DNA from: Octopus bimaculoides
Taxonomy: Eukaryota
NCBI RefSeq assembly: GCF_001194135.2
Contig: NC_069002.1
Location: forward strand, 16,448,978-16,512,977
Length of the DNA: 64,000 nucleotides
Reading direction: 5' to 3'
The notes under the pieces were generated by a model. That model made no database searches. It saw nothing but the letters and a program-made list of their open reading frames with translations, and had not been told where the DNA came from. This document shows positions 27,954-40,636 of this stretch, piece after piece (the stretch's first letter is position 1; each line of letters opens with the position of its first letter). The position numbers were made by a program, and so were the translations under genes.

Positions 27954-29886
27954 GTAAGTTATCACACTAACATTTAATTAACACAAAAATATTAATGAGC
28001 AAATGTCTAAGAAAAGTGACGTCTCTCTCTCTATATATATATTTAGTCCTAAGTCTACCTTGACCAAGCAGATCTATGATCAGAAGTGTTTCAGCCTGCA
28101 TCACTCCTGCTTAAATTGAAATGTAGCATACCTAGGAGTACACTACCCAATGTACACTTGTATTTTAAGATAGTAGATTGTGATTCATGAATGATTTGGC
28201 TGCTATTTCTATTAGGCTTATCAGCCTGGTAGAGGCTTCCCGTTTGGCACGTGCAAGTTGGTGATGTAACCTCAATTGATATGCACAGCAAGAACCACAA
28301 TGGAAAGTTGTTTAGAAAATTAGAAGAGTGAGGGCACAGCATGGATTAGTTGATGTTTTAAATTAATAATTAAATTAGTGTTTTAAAAATTTAACTAAGA
28401 ATAATTATGAAGTGAAGAAAAACATAATTTCAGTAACTACAGACATGTTCCAATCTTATTATGTTCTCATTAGCAAAGCACAGGCTTCACTCTACTTGCT
28501 TCAGTAGTGATGGAAGAATCCCTACCATACACTGGTTGTCTTTGAAAAATAGAATTATTTAGAGAATAAATTACTCAGATGCCATCTACCAAGAAAAATA
28601 GGTCATCATATAAATATAATTGGGTCAGTGTTAATATAATTAATGCAGGGAGAACTATAAACTGAAAGAGCTAAAACAGATAATATTTTTATATTTAAAA
28701 TTCTTCTTTTATCAGACCAAAATCCTTATTGTTGTTAACAGTGACATAGACTTTCAGTTTAAAGTTCACAATGCAAGGTTAGTTTTATGATAAGCTTTTA
28801 ATAATAATAATGATAATGTGTTTATCAAAGTTTTGGAGAAAAGGTAAATATTTAATAATATTCAGTCAAAAAAGGGAAGAGAGAAAAAATTTTCTTCCAT
28901 AATTGTGTGTGTGTGTGTATTTAACGGTTATGAGTTTATCAATCATCGTTACCTATTTCCTCACATCATTTTATTGATGTGAGGAATCACACGTTTGTCA
29001 TCAATCTTTGGACAGTAATAGGTTCCATTCTCAGTGATGAAGAATGCTGATCAATTGAGAATATTTAGTTCAAAGAACAAAAATCCTGGATGTATAAACC
29101 TAACAGGCATGGCTTTGTGGTTAAGAAGTTTATTTCTCAACCATGGCATTCCTGGTTCAGTTCCACTTCACAGCACCTTGAGCAAGTGACGTCTATCCTA
29201 ACCATGGGTTTGCAATACCTTTTGTTTAAAACTTGGCAAAAAGAAATGTAATGAAGTCCATTTTATGCTATTTTTGTTGGTTTTTATGTCTGTTTTTCAT
29301 ATCAGCATACATTACATAAAACTTGTTGCCAAAGATTTTCAATGGGTGCATGCTCTTCCTGTCACTAATCCTTACCTATTTTCTTCTAAGTGAGGCATTT
29401 TTTTTATTTTGCTGGCTGTCTCACATTGAAAGCTGAAACAATTGACTTTTGCTTATCAGAAAATCATCGTCATCATCGTTTAATGTCTGCTTTCCATGCT
29501 GGCATGGGTTGGATAGTTTGATATGGAGCTGACTAGATTCCAGCTGTCTGTCGAGGCATGGTTTCTCAGGCTGGATGCCCTTCCTAACACCAACCACTTA
29601 ATGGAGTGTGCTGGGTGCTTCCTACGTACCACTAGCACAGGTGCATTTATGCAGCACCATAGTGGAAGTATTACTTGAGCTGAACTGACTGTAGGTCTGC
29701 AACAACATGAAATCTAAACTTGATATTTCATTGGATTGCAGTGCAGGTTTCAAATTCAGCCAGGAACTGCACCAGTGTATCTTCTCTTAAATCACCATCA
29801 CTGAAAGAAGAAACCTTCCATAATGTCCAAGCAATACAATGGATTTTATAAGACAATGATTCGATCTAAATTTTAATTTTTTGTAG

Positions 29887-30039
29887 GTGTTAGTGACCAA
29901 ACCTGACTTCAGCAATGAAGAAAGCCGTAAGAATTTGCATAGTACCCTATCAGAGTTGATTCGATTAAACATCATCCCAATATTAAATGCAAATGATGCT
30001 GTTGCCCCACCACCAGAGCAAGATAAAGACCTCTCTGGG
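29887..30039 (+). CDS. ALDH18A1: P5CS coding exon 4
   Basis: tgtag|GTG...GGG|gtaagt. VLVTKPDFSNEESRKNLHSTLSELIRLNIIPILNANDAVAPPPEQDKDLSG. Confidence 0.95.
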
Positions 30040-30824
30040 GTAAGTTTTATCGTTACAATATTTTGTTACCTGGTTGTTTTTCTTATTGTTTTGTTGTTTT
30101 AATGTGTAGAACCACATTATTAATTACTGCAGTGAATTACTGTGCAATGAATTACTTCTACTTCTACAATGTACAAAATATCTTCACAATCTTTTTATGC
30201 AATTTCCAAAAGTATTTCATTCTAAAAATATAATAGTTTCTTTTCTTTTTTTTATCATTAAATCGCTACGAGGGTCCACCCAGGTGAAATAGGAACTGAA
30301 GGGATCTCTTGACAGAAAATGCTTAGGAACCATTGAACTAGTTTCTGTGATGTAACTGTCATTTCTAAGCTCTTACTGTTGTTTTACTGTATTTGCTGAG
30401 GTTGTGAAGGCAAATGGCTTAGTGGTTAGATTATTCAGGTCACAATCATAAGGTCATGAGTTCAATTTCTGGAGATACATTGTGTCCTTGAGCAAGACAC
30501 TTTATTTCACATTGCTCCAGTCCACTCAGCAGGCAAAAATGAGTAGTACCTGTATTTCAAAGGGCCAGCTTTGTCGCACTCTGTGTAATGCTAAATCTCC
30601 CCTGAGAACTGCATTAAGGGTACACTCGTCAGTGGAGTACTGCCTTTAGTCGAACAAATCCACCCTTGGACTCATTCTTTGTAAGCCTGGTACCTATTCT
30701 GTCGGTCTCTTTTGCTGAACTGCTAAGTTACAGGAACGTAAACACACCAACATTGGTTGTCAAGCGATGGTGGGGGGACAAGCACAGACACACACACACA
30801 AATATATACATACATACATATATA

Positions 30825-30855
<31 letters not shown>

Positions 30856-31863
30856 CATCATCATCATCGTTTAACGTCCGCTTTCCATGCTAGCATGGGT
30901 TGGACGATTTGACTGAGGACTGGTGAAACCGGATGGCAACACCAGGCTCCAGTCTGATTTGGCAGAGTTTCTACAGCTGGATGCCCTTCCTAACGCCAAC
31001 CACTCAGAGAGTGTAGTGGGTGCTTTTACGTNNNNNNNNNNNNNNNNNNNNNNNNNNNNNNNNNNNNNNNNNNNNNNNNNNNNNNNNNNNNNNNNNNNNN
31101 NNNNNNNNNNNNNNNNNNNNNNNNNNNNNNNNNNNNNNNNNNNNNNNNNNNNNNNNNNNNNNNNNNNNNNNNNNNNNNNNNNNNNNNNNNNNNNNNNNNN
31201 NNNNNNNNNNNNNNNNNNNNNNNNNNNNNNNNNNNNNNNNNNNNNNNNNNNNNNNNNNNNNNNNNNNNNNNNNNNNNNNNNNNNNNNNNNNNNNNNNNNN
31301 NNNNNNNNNNNNNNNNNNNNNNNNNNNNNNNNNNNNNNNNNNNNNNNNNNNNNNNNNNNNNNNNNNNNNNNNNNNNNNNNNNNNNNNNNNNNNNNNNNNN
31401 NNNNNNNNNNNNNNNNNNNNNNNNNNNNNNNNNNNNNNNNNNNNNNNNNNNNNNNNNNNNNNNNNNNNNNNNNNNNNNNNNNNNNNNNNNNNNNNNNNNN
31501 NNNNNNNNNNNNNNNNNNNNNNNNNNNNNNNNNNNNNNNNNNNNNNNNNNNNNNNNNNNNNNNNNNNNNNNNNNNNNNNNNNNNNNNNNNNNNNNNNNNN
31601 NNNNNNNNNNNNNNNNNNNNNNNNNNNNNNNNNNNNNNNNNNNNNNNNNNNNNNNNNNNNNNNNNNNNNNNNNNNNNNNNNNNNNNNNNNNNNNNNNNNN
31701 NNNNNNNNNNNNNNNNNNNNNNNNNNNNNNNNNNNNNNNNNNNNNNNNNNNNNNNNNNNNNNNNNNNNNNNNNNNNNNNNNNNNNNNNNNNNNNNNNNNN
31801 NNNNNNNNNNNNNNNNNNNNNNNNNNNNNNNNNNNNNNNNNNNNNNNNNNNNNNNNNNNNNNN

Positions 31864-32018
31864 CATCTGCCACAAACAAAAACTAACTTGCTAGTTAACC
31901 TGCCTTTGATGTTGCTGCACCTCTTATGTGTCCATAGCTTGCACTGGGTACATCTTATAGAGTTACTACCTACTCCTTTTCTACATACTGAGCAGGGCCA
32001 TCTACCTGAAGGGGTTTG

Positions 32019-32020
<2 letters not shown>
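31864..32020 (-). mobile_element. RTE/RTEX-like non-LTR retrotransposon C-terminal PHD-type zinc finger fragment
   Basis: SGRWPCSVCRKGVGSNSIRCTQCKLWTHKRCSNIKGRL..FVCGR; truncated by a gap. Confidence 0.75.
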
Positions 32021-32060
<40 letters not shown>

Positions 32061-34007
32061 GATGGGCTTTTTTCAGTTTCTGTCTACCAAATGCACACAC
32101 AAGGCTTTGGTCAGCCCGAGGCTATAATAGAAGACGCTTGCCCAAGGTCTTACACAGTGGGAATGAACCTGGAATCATGTGGTTGTGAAGCAAGCTTCTT
32201 ACCACACAGCCACGCCTAATTTAACTTTATATAGAAATACGTGTGTTGTTTGTAATGCAAACCTTTGATATTAACACTTGTAATATACATACATTCATGA
32301 ATATGTGTGTGTGTATGTGTGTGTATCTACACACACACACACACATGTGCGTGCATGCATACACACATACATACACACACACATGCACATACACATGCAC
32401 ACTCATGCATATTCATACACTCACTCATATACCATTACATTATAGTACGCTGCATTATGTCAGCCTACACACTGTTCCACTACAGCCATCACACTTTTTT
32501 GCATTAAAAGCAAAGACAAGCATCACAATTGTTGCAAGACTTTCAGTTTCATATACACAACACTAGCAGCAGCAGAAGAAGAAGAAGAAGAAGACTAATT
32601 AATGATCAATTATGTAATTGATAATTATTTATATTGACCAATATTCTTTATTTCTATTGAAATCAAATGAAACTTTAAAATATTTTCAAGAAGAATTTTT
32701 GTCATTCCAGTTTACAGATTCTGTCTCTAAACTAACCAATTCCAAATGATATCTTAGAAACAACAGTTACACATTCTTTAATCTAGACTTCTTTAGCATG
32801 TTTTCTCATGTACTCTGTTTTACAGTTTCTATTCTCTCACTAATCAGCACGTCCCATTTTTTAGGTATATATGAATGCAGCAGAGCAGGTGAGGAACTGT
32901 GTTTATAGAAATGGCAAATAAGAAGAAGAAAGGGTTGCAATTTTAGTAAAAAAATTGCTATTTATAATGAAAACAGAACTTAAATATGAGAAAATCAAAT
33001 TTCTTTTTATATATGGCAAGAAAATTGCAATGAAAACTATTCCAAAAAAATATTTGGGTTTTATGAAGAATTTCACAATGTCTGAGATATTAGTTTATAA
33101 CTAATCATGTGTCTGTAGATAATATTTTGGTTACAGTTGTTGGTCACAAGTTTAAGGACCAACTAATATAATGACTCTAGCTCTGGTGAATAAAGATTTT
33201 GAAATTAAAAAAGATTAGGATCAGAATTTGGCATTAGATTATCAGAATAAATGTGCTTTTATTATTAAAAGACAATAAAGTGGTGAGCTGGCAGAATCAT
33301 TGGCATGCTGGGTGCAAAGCTTAGTGGCATTTCATCTGTCCTTATATTATGAGTTCAAATTCCACCAAGGTTGACTTTGCCTTTCATCCTTTCGGGGGTT
33401 GATGAAATAAGTACCAGTTATGCACTGAGGTCAATATGATTGACTCCCCTTTCCCTGAAACTTTCAGGCCTTGTGCCTTTAGTAGAAAGGATTATTAAAA
33501 TATGGTAAGAAGGTGAGTTGGCAGAATTGTTACCATGCTTAGTAGAATGCTTATCAGCATTTTGCCCCTCTTTATGTTCTGATTTCAAATTCTGCTGAGG
33601 TTGACTTTGCCGTTCATCCATTTGAGGGTCAATGAAATAAGTACCAGTCAAGTACTGGGGGTTGATGGAATTGACTTTTCCCTTCCCCAAAAATTTCAGG
33701 CCTTGAGCCTGTAGTAGAAAGGGTTATTGAAAGATCATTTTTCTGGTACTTATATTACTTATTATCTTTTTAATTTATGTGGAATGGTTTTTGTTGGAGC
33801 GATTGTTTTCAGAGACAAAACCACTGTCCATTTACTTTAATAAAATGTAATAAATTTGAAAGTTGAGTCTTTCACGCTGCTTTTTAAAGGCGTTAACCCT
33901 ACAAATGAAATTAAATAGTTCGCAGCCGGAACCTGCACCTTAAAAGCATATCAAGTGAGGTCTGTCCACTTTGCTGTTCACACGAACAATCTGTAGGGTC
34001 TAAAATT

Positions 34008-34263
34008 AAGTCTGGATACTGTCACATTTAGTAAAAGAGAAATAAATATTTTCATGGATAGGAAGCTAAGTCCTTCATGGAAGACTTTCTCAAAACCTTA
34101 TATTATATGCTAATAATCTACCATCATTGATATTATGTATATGTGTGAGGTTAAGTCTAGACAATGTCACATTGAATAAGTAAGAAATAAATGTTTCCAT
34201 GGAATGGAGGCTAGTCCTTCACAGGGGACTTTCTCAAAGCCTTATATTACATGCTTAATAATC
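34008..34263 (+). repeat. Diverged tandem duplication, period about 145 bp
   Basis: AAGTCT.GA...TGTCACATT...GACTTTCTCAAA.CCTTATATTA.ATGCT occurs at about 34008-34118 and 34153-34263. Confidence 0.85.
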
Positions 34264-34921
34264 CAGCATAATTGATATTAATGATTTTTGGAACTCTGTG
34301 GAAATGCAGTAGATGAGTGGATTTGTATAGAAAGACTTTAGTTCTTGAATAATGAACCAATAATCCTGAGGATTAGCAAACAGAGTACCAGTTATGCAAT
34401 GGTGGGGATTTAATAAATCCTTTGCTAAAATAGACCAGTTTTTACAATAAAAAATATTAAACAATATAATATACCATTGTTCTTATCGTTTAGGGAAGAG
34501 ATACACAGTTTTATGGAATATCTTTGTTCTTGGAAATCCAGAAAAATATAAAAAAAGAAAATTGCAAAATTGTTTTGAAATAGAACCCTTCTACTTTCTT
34601 TTCTATTTGTTATTCTAGAAACAAAAAATTGGTGAATTAAGTCCTGGTTATGGTTTTAGTTGTCCCTTGAGATATCAAAAAAAAACCCCTTTGTTTCAGA
34701 TAACAACAAACTGAGAAGGAAATTATTTTAATAAATGATACATGAAAATTTTTATTAAAATATTTTAAAAATAGAGGTGTTTGGGAAAGGGTCCTGTCTT
34801 TAATATCCTTTTATTACTACTACATTGACTAATACTGCTACTACTAAACTACTTCATAGTTTTCTGAACCAATTGTTTCCTCTACATGAAAGTTGGATAG
34901 CATTGAGGTCAGCTCAACATC

Positions 34922-34973
<52 letters not shown>

Positions 34974-37210
34974 TACACATGTATATATATATATATATAC
35001 ATATGTATGTATGTATATATGTACATATGTATGTACGTATCATTATCATCATCATCATTTAATGTCCCTTTTTCCATGCTGGACATGGTTTGGACAGTTT
35101 GATAAGAAAAGACGAACCAGAGGGCTTAACCAGGTTCTATGTCTGCTTTGGCATGGTTTCTACAGCTGGATGTCCTTCATAATGCCAACCAGTTTGCAGA
35201 GTGTACTGGGTGCTTTTTATGTGGCACCAACAGCAGTGAGGTTGCCACTGCTGTATATAGGTAAGCAGAGTTAGCAGTTGGAATAAGGGATAAGAATATC
35301 TGTTCCTTCCACTGGTATCATTTACCTATGTTTACCCTAGGCATGGGTATGTAAGCACACTATGCTCATAATGTGCAGGTAATAACAGAATAAACAAAAG
35401 TTTATCAGGAATCGAATTTAAATAAGCAGAAAATGGAGAAAACTCTTGATCAACAAACAAACAAATTGACCAACATCTGTTAATTATTTTTTACATAATA
35501 ATTAAACATAAGATAACATTTCTTATAGATAAAGACCACCAGTTAATTAACTATGGTGCTTAATTAACTATAGATAAAGACCACCAGTTAATTAACTATG
35601 GTGCTCCCACCTACCTAGAGTAGTGATCTGTAAGTAGATAGCAGTACCATAATTCTTTGGTTTGTAGGGTACTGAATTAAAATAATGGGGAAGCTACCTT
35701 CATTCATCCAATATTCTATCCATGGGGAAATCTATTTCTCATCTTTTTAATGCTTTAGAAGTTGTCGTTGTTTGCTGAACCCAATGGAACTTTGTGGTCT
35801 GGAAAAAATTAGCAGAAGAGTTAGTTCTGGCTGTTATATTTCAGCAAATTCTATAATTTTGTGTCAGTACTGTACAAGACTTTTAACAAGTTCTGTGGCT
35901 CAAGCTCAAATGAAATAGTTTGTGATTTTGATTGTAAACCATAATTCAAAGTGATTCATTTGACAGGTGAATATAATTAACTTGTCTGGTTTTAATGAAT
36001 TTGAACCTGTACTTGAGTTGTCTCTTTCATTCTATCTCTTCTTCAACATCTACAATTTCCTCTTTTCATCTTCATTCATTGACTATTTACCCCATTCATT
36101 TAAATTTCCTTCAATGTACCCATCTTTTCACCACCTACAGCCCTTTCATATCTCACCCTTAAAGAAAATGTACTAAACAGTTTAAACCAGTATTACATGT
36201 ACCCCTAATTATTCAGTCTTCCTTAACAGTTGCCTTACCCCCTGTTCTCCCTTCAACTACTAACCTGGATGAATTCAAACTGAACAATAACCGCATTAAT
36301 TTTGCTAATTTATTCATAGAGGACCAAAAAATATTTATAAGTTCTGTTGTCCCTTCTTTTCAGAAAAAGAAAAAGATATCTAAACTATAAAGGAATCATG
36401 TAAAAAAAGTAACTTAATTAATTAAAGAAGCTAAAATCTGTAATCAAATGAAATGGATTATAGTTTTTTGTTTGTTTTTTACACTAATCAACTTAATCTT
36501 TATAGGGTTGAACATTTTATAGAGTGTTTACATTTCTACAAATGAATTAATTAGTTTGATCTCTGATCGTCATCAGGTAGCTTCTCCTGGATTTGAACTC
36601 TGAATCTTGATTTTTGAAACCGAGTCATAACTGTACATAGGTCATTGGTCTAATGGATAAAACCAGCATTTTTTGGGGGGGAATGTTGGTTCCTAGTTCA
36701 AACCTAGCCTTGTACATTTCCAGCAATAAAACTTTGAATGATACCTGGAGATCAATCATTGCCAAACTGATTGAAATGTAAAAATCGATTTCCATTAATT
36801 TCATTGCTGAATATATAATTGAAATTATCAGCTAAATTAAACTGCTTATTGAATTAGTAAGTGGTTGAGTATTCCATAGACATGTGTATCATGAACATAA
36901 TTCTCAGCTAGAATCTATATAGCTCAGCAACAAGGCTAGAATTTTAAATTCCGGATTCACTCCATCTCAAGGCTTCCACACAGTTTCCATCTCTTTAATT
37001 TCAATCACAAGACTCAGGGCAGCCTTAGGCTCTGGTAACTAACACTCAATATATCACACAGTGTGATTGAACCCAGGACCTTGTAACTGAAATACAATGG
37101 AGATGTAGATACTGGAAAATATTTCACCATTAAAACTGAGGTTAATTGTCAGAAAAATTAGTCTCCTTAAACTTGAATATTTCAATTAAGAATTATTGAA
37201 TATCAACAAT

Positions 37211-37263
<53 letters not shown>

Positions 37264-37274
37264 GTAATGGTAAG

Positions 37275-37652
37275 ATCCAAGGGTCGAGGTGTAGGAAGTT
37301 AGTAAGCTTCAAGCAATCCGTGCTGAGACCCCCTTCGGTCATGACTGACCATGGGATTGCACCTAGAGAGTTACCCTCCGAGGCACAAGTCCGGGCAAGG
37401 TTGTTTATAGAAGACCAGCATTCACCCATGCATACCGGTTTCCCCTCTCCATGCCACCGATGTTATCCAAGGGAAAGGCAAAGGCCGATACAGCTTGGCA
37501 CCAGTGATGTCACAACTCATTTCTACAGCTGAGTGGACTGGAGCAACATGAAATAAAGTGTCTTGCTCAAGAACACAACATACAGCCCGGTCTGCGATTC
37601 GAACTCACAAACTCGCAATCGTAAGCTCGACGCTCTAACCACTGAGCCATGC
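37275..37652 (-). mobile_element. tRNA(Arg)-like-headed SINE, family 3 (representative)
   Basis: Minus-strand head GCGCATGGCTCAGTGGTTAGAGCGTCGAGCTTACGATT..GAGTTCGAATC (A box, ACG anticodon-like loop, B box). Relatives near 7660-8030, 11190-11490, 30410-30630 and 61630-62070. Confidence 0.8.
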
Positions 37653-38503
37653 GCAATCCGTAGAAGATACAAAGAGCAACTTTCAGGTACAATAGTGGTG
37701 TATTGGTTCAGAAGGTTGTGAATTTTTCCTGAATCGAAGTACGATAAGCTGAAAAAATTAAATTTTATAGTCGATGGTTAACAACTGGGGCTGTTATATG
37801 AGCAAATAAACATTAAATATTTAGGGAATGGAGTAGATAAACTCTAGACTACATATGCTTCAGAGCTCATGGAACTTAGGAAATAGTAAAATTATCCAAG
37901 CAAGGGGTAGAATGCAAGCTACTCTTCAGGCTGAGGATAACTTGGTTGCATGAATTCACAACCTACTGCACCAATAAATCACTATAGTTCTTGAAAGGTG
38001 TTTTTACATATCTTCTGCAAACTGCTTGAAGCTACACACACACACACGTATGTATATATACAGTGTATGTTTATCTGTATGTTAGTTTAGTGGACCACAA
38101 AACCATGAGATCAAAACTTACAGTCGCCATTGTATTAGGACATGATTGTCTTTGCCTGTCTAACAAGTTCCAATCTTATTTCATCACTAATTAACTAATT
38201 AACTATGAAAGAATGTATGTGTTGAAAATGATTATATGAATGTTGAAAAATAAGTAAAAATAAAAATCTAAAAAATAAGTAAAAACAAAGAATATAAATA
38301 AATGTTTCCAAAATATGTTGGTAGAATTTTAATAAAAACTCCTTTCTGGAAATTTTAATTTAAAGTTAATGAAAATGTTCAGAGTTGTTGGAGAGTAAAT
38401 CATCAACTTTATGCAAATAAATATACTCTATTACTTGTACTGAGTTCAATATACATGTATAATGTATTTCTCTCTGTCTCTCTGTCTCCATATATATATA
38501 TAT

Positions 38504-38910
38504 AATATTTGTAGCCACTTTAACATGGCTGTCTGTTCGATTGGACTCTACTGCGATTTTTTAACCCCAAGAGGACATCTCCTCTAGCTGATTAACAATG
38601 CACAGCTGCATCCGGTGAAATTGCAAGAGGGGAGCAAACCCCTACCATCTCCTAGCGATGGGACCAGTAGACGAGTCCTGGTTTCGGGCTATTTCTGCCA
38701 CTCTTCAGTACTGGACACCGCATCTGCTAGAAATGATAGCAGCTCACTTCTGCACGCAATATATACATTTCAAGCAAACACACAGTCACTGATTTTACAA
38801 CAAGCAAAAATGCTAGTTCTAAACTCTCACTAAGAGATCAGCGCAGTAGTTGTACTGACAATTAATATTCGTGGCCACTTTAACATGGCTGTCTGTTCAA
38901 GCAGACTCTA
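38504..38910 (-). mobile_element. 360-nt-period terminally redundant element related to family A, in intron 4
   Basis: About 47-bp direct repeats at 38504-38550 and 38864-38910. Internal CCCCAAGAGGACATCTCCTCTAGCTG resembles family A CCCCAGGAAAACATCTCCTCCAGCTG. Carries a hammerhead on the minus strand. Confidence 0.7.
38664..38714 (-). ncRNA. Type I hammerhead ribozyme motif
   Basis: The minus strand reads CCAGTA-CTGAAGA-GTGGCAGAAATAGCCC-GAAA-CCAGGACTC-GTC-TACTGG: perfect 6-bp stem I, intact core, GUC cleavage triplet, imperfect stems II and III. Confidence 0.75.
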
Positions 38911-39166
38911 TGTATCTATATATAATATATCTCTGTCTTTCTCTCTCTGTATATATAAATATATATATAGTTTTAGGGAAAAGAACCAAGGTTCATGAAC
39001 TCATTGATGAAAATCCACTGTCACCTTGGTTCTTTTCCCTAAAACTATATATATATATATAGATATATTTTATACTGTGAAAATTAATTTAATTTTAATT
39101 TTTAATAAATTGAATTTAATTGAGTTTTTACCTGTAAATTTGGATTTTTATCCCTAATATTATATA

Positions 39167-39200
<34 letters not shown>

Positions 39201-39426
39201 CGTATGGATTTGTGTGCATGTGAGTGTGTTGATTTTGCTCATTCCCAAAAGAAACAGCAAGACCAACATCTTTTGCCAAATCTGTCACAGATTGAGAAGA
39301 ATTTTTTAACCAAATAAATTTTATCTGTCTTTAATAGAGAAAAACATTGTTTCTTGATTTTCCAAGTTTCATTGAACATAGAAAAACATATTTGAATTCT
39401 TCCTAAAATTCTTTACCATTTTCTAG

Positions 39427-39645
39427 GTTATTAGTCTGAAAGACAATGACAGTTTGGCTGCCCGTTTAGCTGTGGAAATGAACTCTGATATTCTTATATT
39501 AATGTCAGATGTCAATGGATTATACACCAGTCCACCAGGGACTGAAGGTTCTCGTCTTGTCCACACATTTTCTCCTACAACTGACAATACTTCTGTGGTA
39601 TTTGAAGGAAAATCCAGAGTTGGTCTTGGTGGCATGGAATCAAAG
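39427..39645 (+). CDS. ALDH18A1: P5CS coding exon 5
   Basis: tctag|GTT...AAG|gtatga. [37 protein letters not shown]...[12 protein letters not shown] contains the DND, SDV-GL and GGM motifs of glutamate kinase. Confidence 0.97.
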
Positions 39646-39934
39646 GTATGAAGAATTTACTCTCTTTTATTGAAATAGGATGCTGTTAATTTAGCAGACA
39701 ATATTCTACTCGGAAATTTTGGCCATTGTGTGAATGATCCTTAGAAATTATTTTCATTGTTATTTCATTAAAAAATGCATCTTTAGATTAACAGGTGTCT
39801 ATGCTAGGGATAGATATCTGTTATCACACCTGAATGAAGGTGAAGCTCATTTTGGGTGGTGGGAAATTAAATTAATTTTTTTCTATCAAAATAATGAAGA
39901 CACTGTGTGTGAGAGGTGTCAATTGTCGTCATCA

Positions 39935-40400
39935 TCGTCGTCGTCGTTTAACGTCCGCTTTCCATGCTAGCATGGGTTGGACGATTTGACTGAGGACTGG
40001 TGAAACCAGATGGCTACACCAGGCTCCAATCTGATTTGGCAGAGTTTCTACGGCTGGATGCCCTTCCTAATGCCAACTACTCAGAGAGTGTAGTGGGTGC
40101 TTTTACGTGTCACCCGCACAAAGGCCAGTCAGGCAGTACTGGCAACGGCCACGCTCAAGATGGTGTATTTTATGTGCCACCTGCACAAGAGCCAGTCCAG
40201 GGGTACTGGCAACGATCTCGCTCGAAAATCCTACGAAGGCCAGTCAGGCGGTACTGGCAATGGCCACGCTCAAAATGGTGTATTTTATGTGCCATCCGCA
40301 CAAGAGCCAGTCCAGGGGCACTGGCAACGATCTCGCTCGAAAGTCCTTAGACATGCCACGGGCACAAGTGCCAGAAAGGCGATGCTGAGCACAGGTGCCA
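39935..40400 (-). mobile_element. RTE-type 3'-tailed SINE/LINE end with an internal tandem duplication of about 115 bp
   Basis: (TCA/TCG)n tail next to TTTAACGTCCGCTTTCCATGCTAGCATGGG..CTGGATGCCCTTCCTAA. Duplicated unit at about 40120-40230 and 40235-40345. Relatives near 4820-5160, 30855-31030, 49760-50040, 54005-54350 and 59190-59400. Confidence 0.75.
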
Positions 40401-40473
40401 TCACAAATTCGCTTTCGCTTTCCCCAATAAGTCTTCGCAAGCTAACAAAGTAATTGTCTATTTTAATTACCAG

Positions 40474-40636
40474 GTGAAGGCCGCTACATGGGCTGTGCAG
40501 AATGGTGTGTCTGTAGTGATCTGTAATGGTACAGAAGAAAAAGCTTTGTTAAACATTATCAAAGGCAAACAAGTTGGAACATTTTTCACAACAGCTCAGG
40601 TGACTGGAACACCTGTAGAACTGCAAGCCATGCAAG
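40474..40636 (+). CDS. ALDH18A1: P5CS coding exon 6
   Basis: accag|GTG...CAAG|gtaaga, ends phase 1. VKAATWAVQNGVSVVICNG...GKQVGTFF...VELQAMQ. Confidence 0.95.

Noticed and set aside
40000-40453. Overlapping 90-120 aa ORFs
   Set aside because: They arise from the duplicated internal unit of an RTE-type repeat and show no domain similarity.
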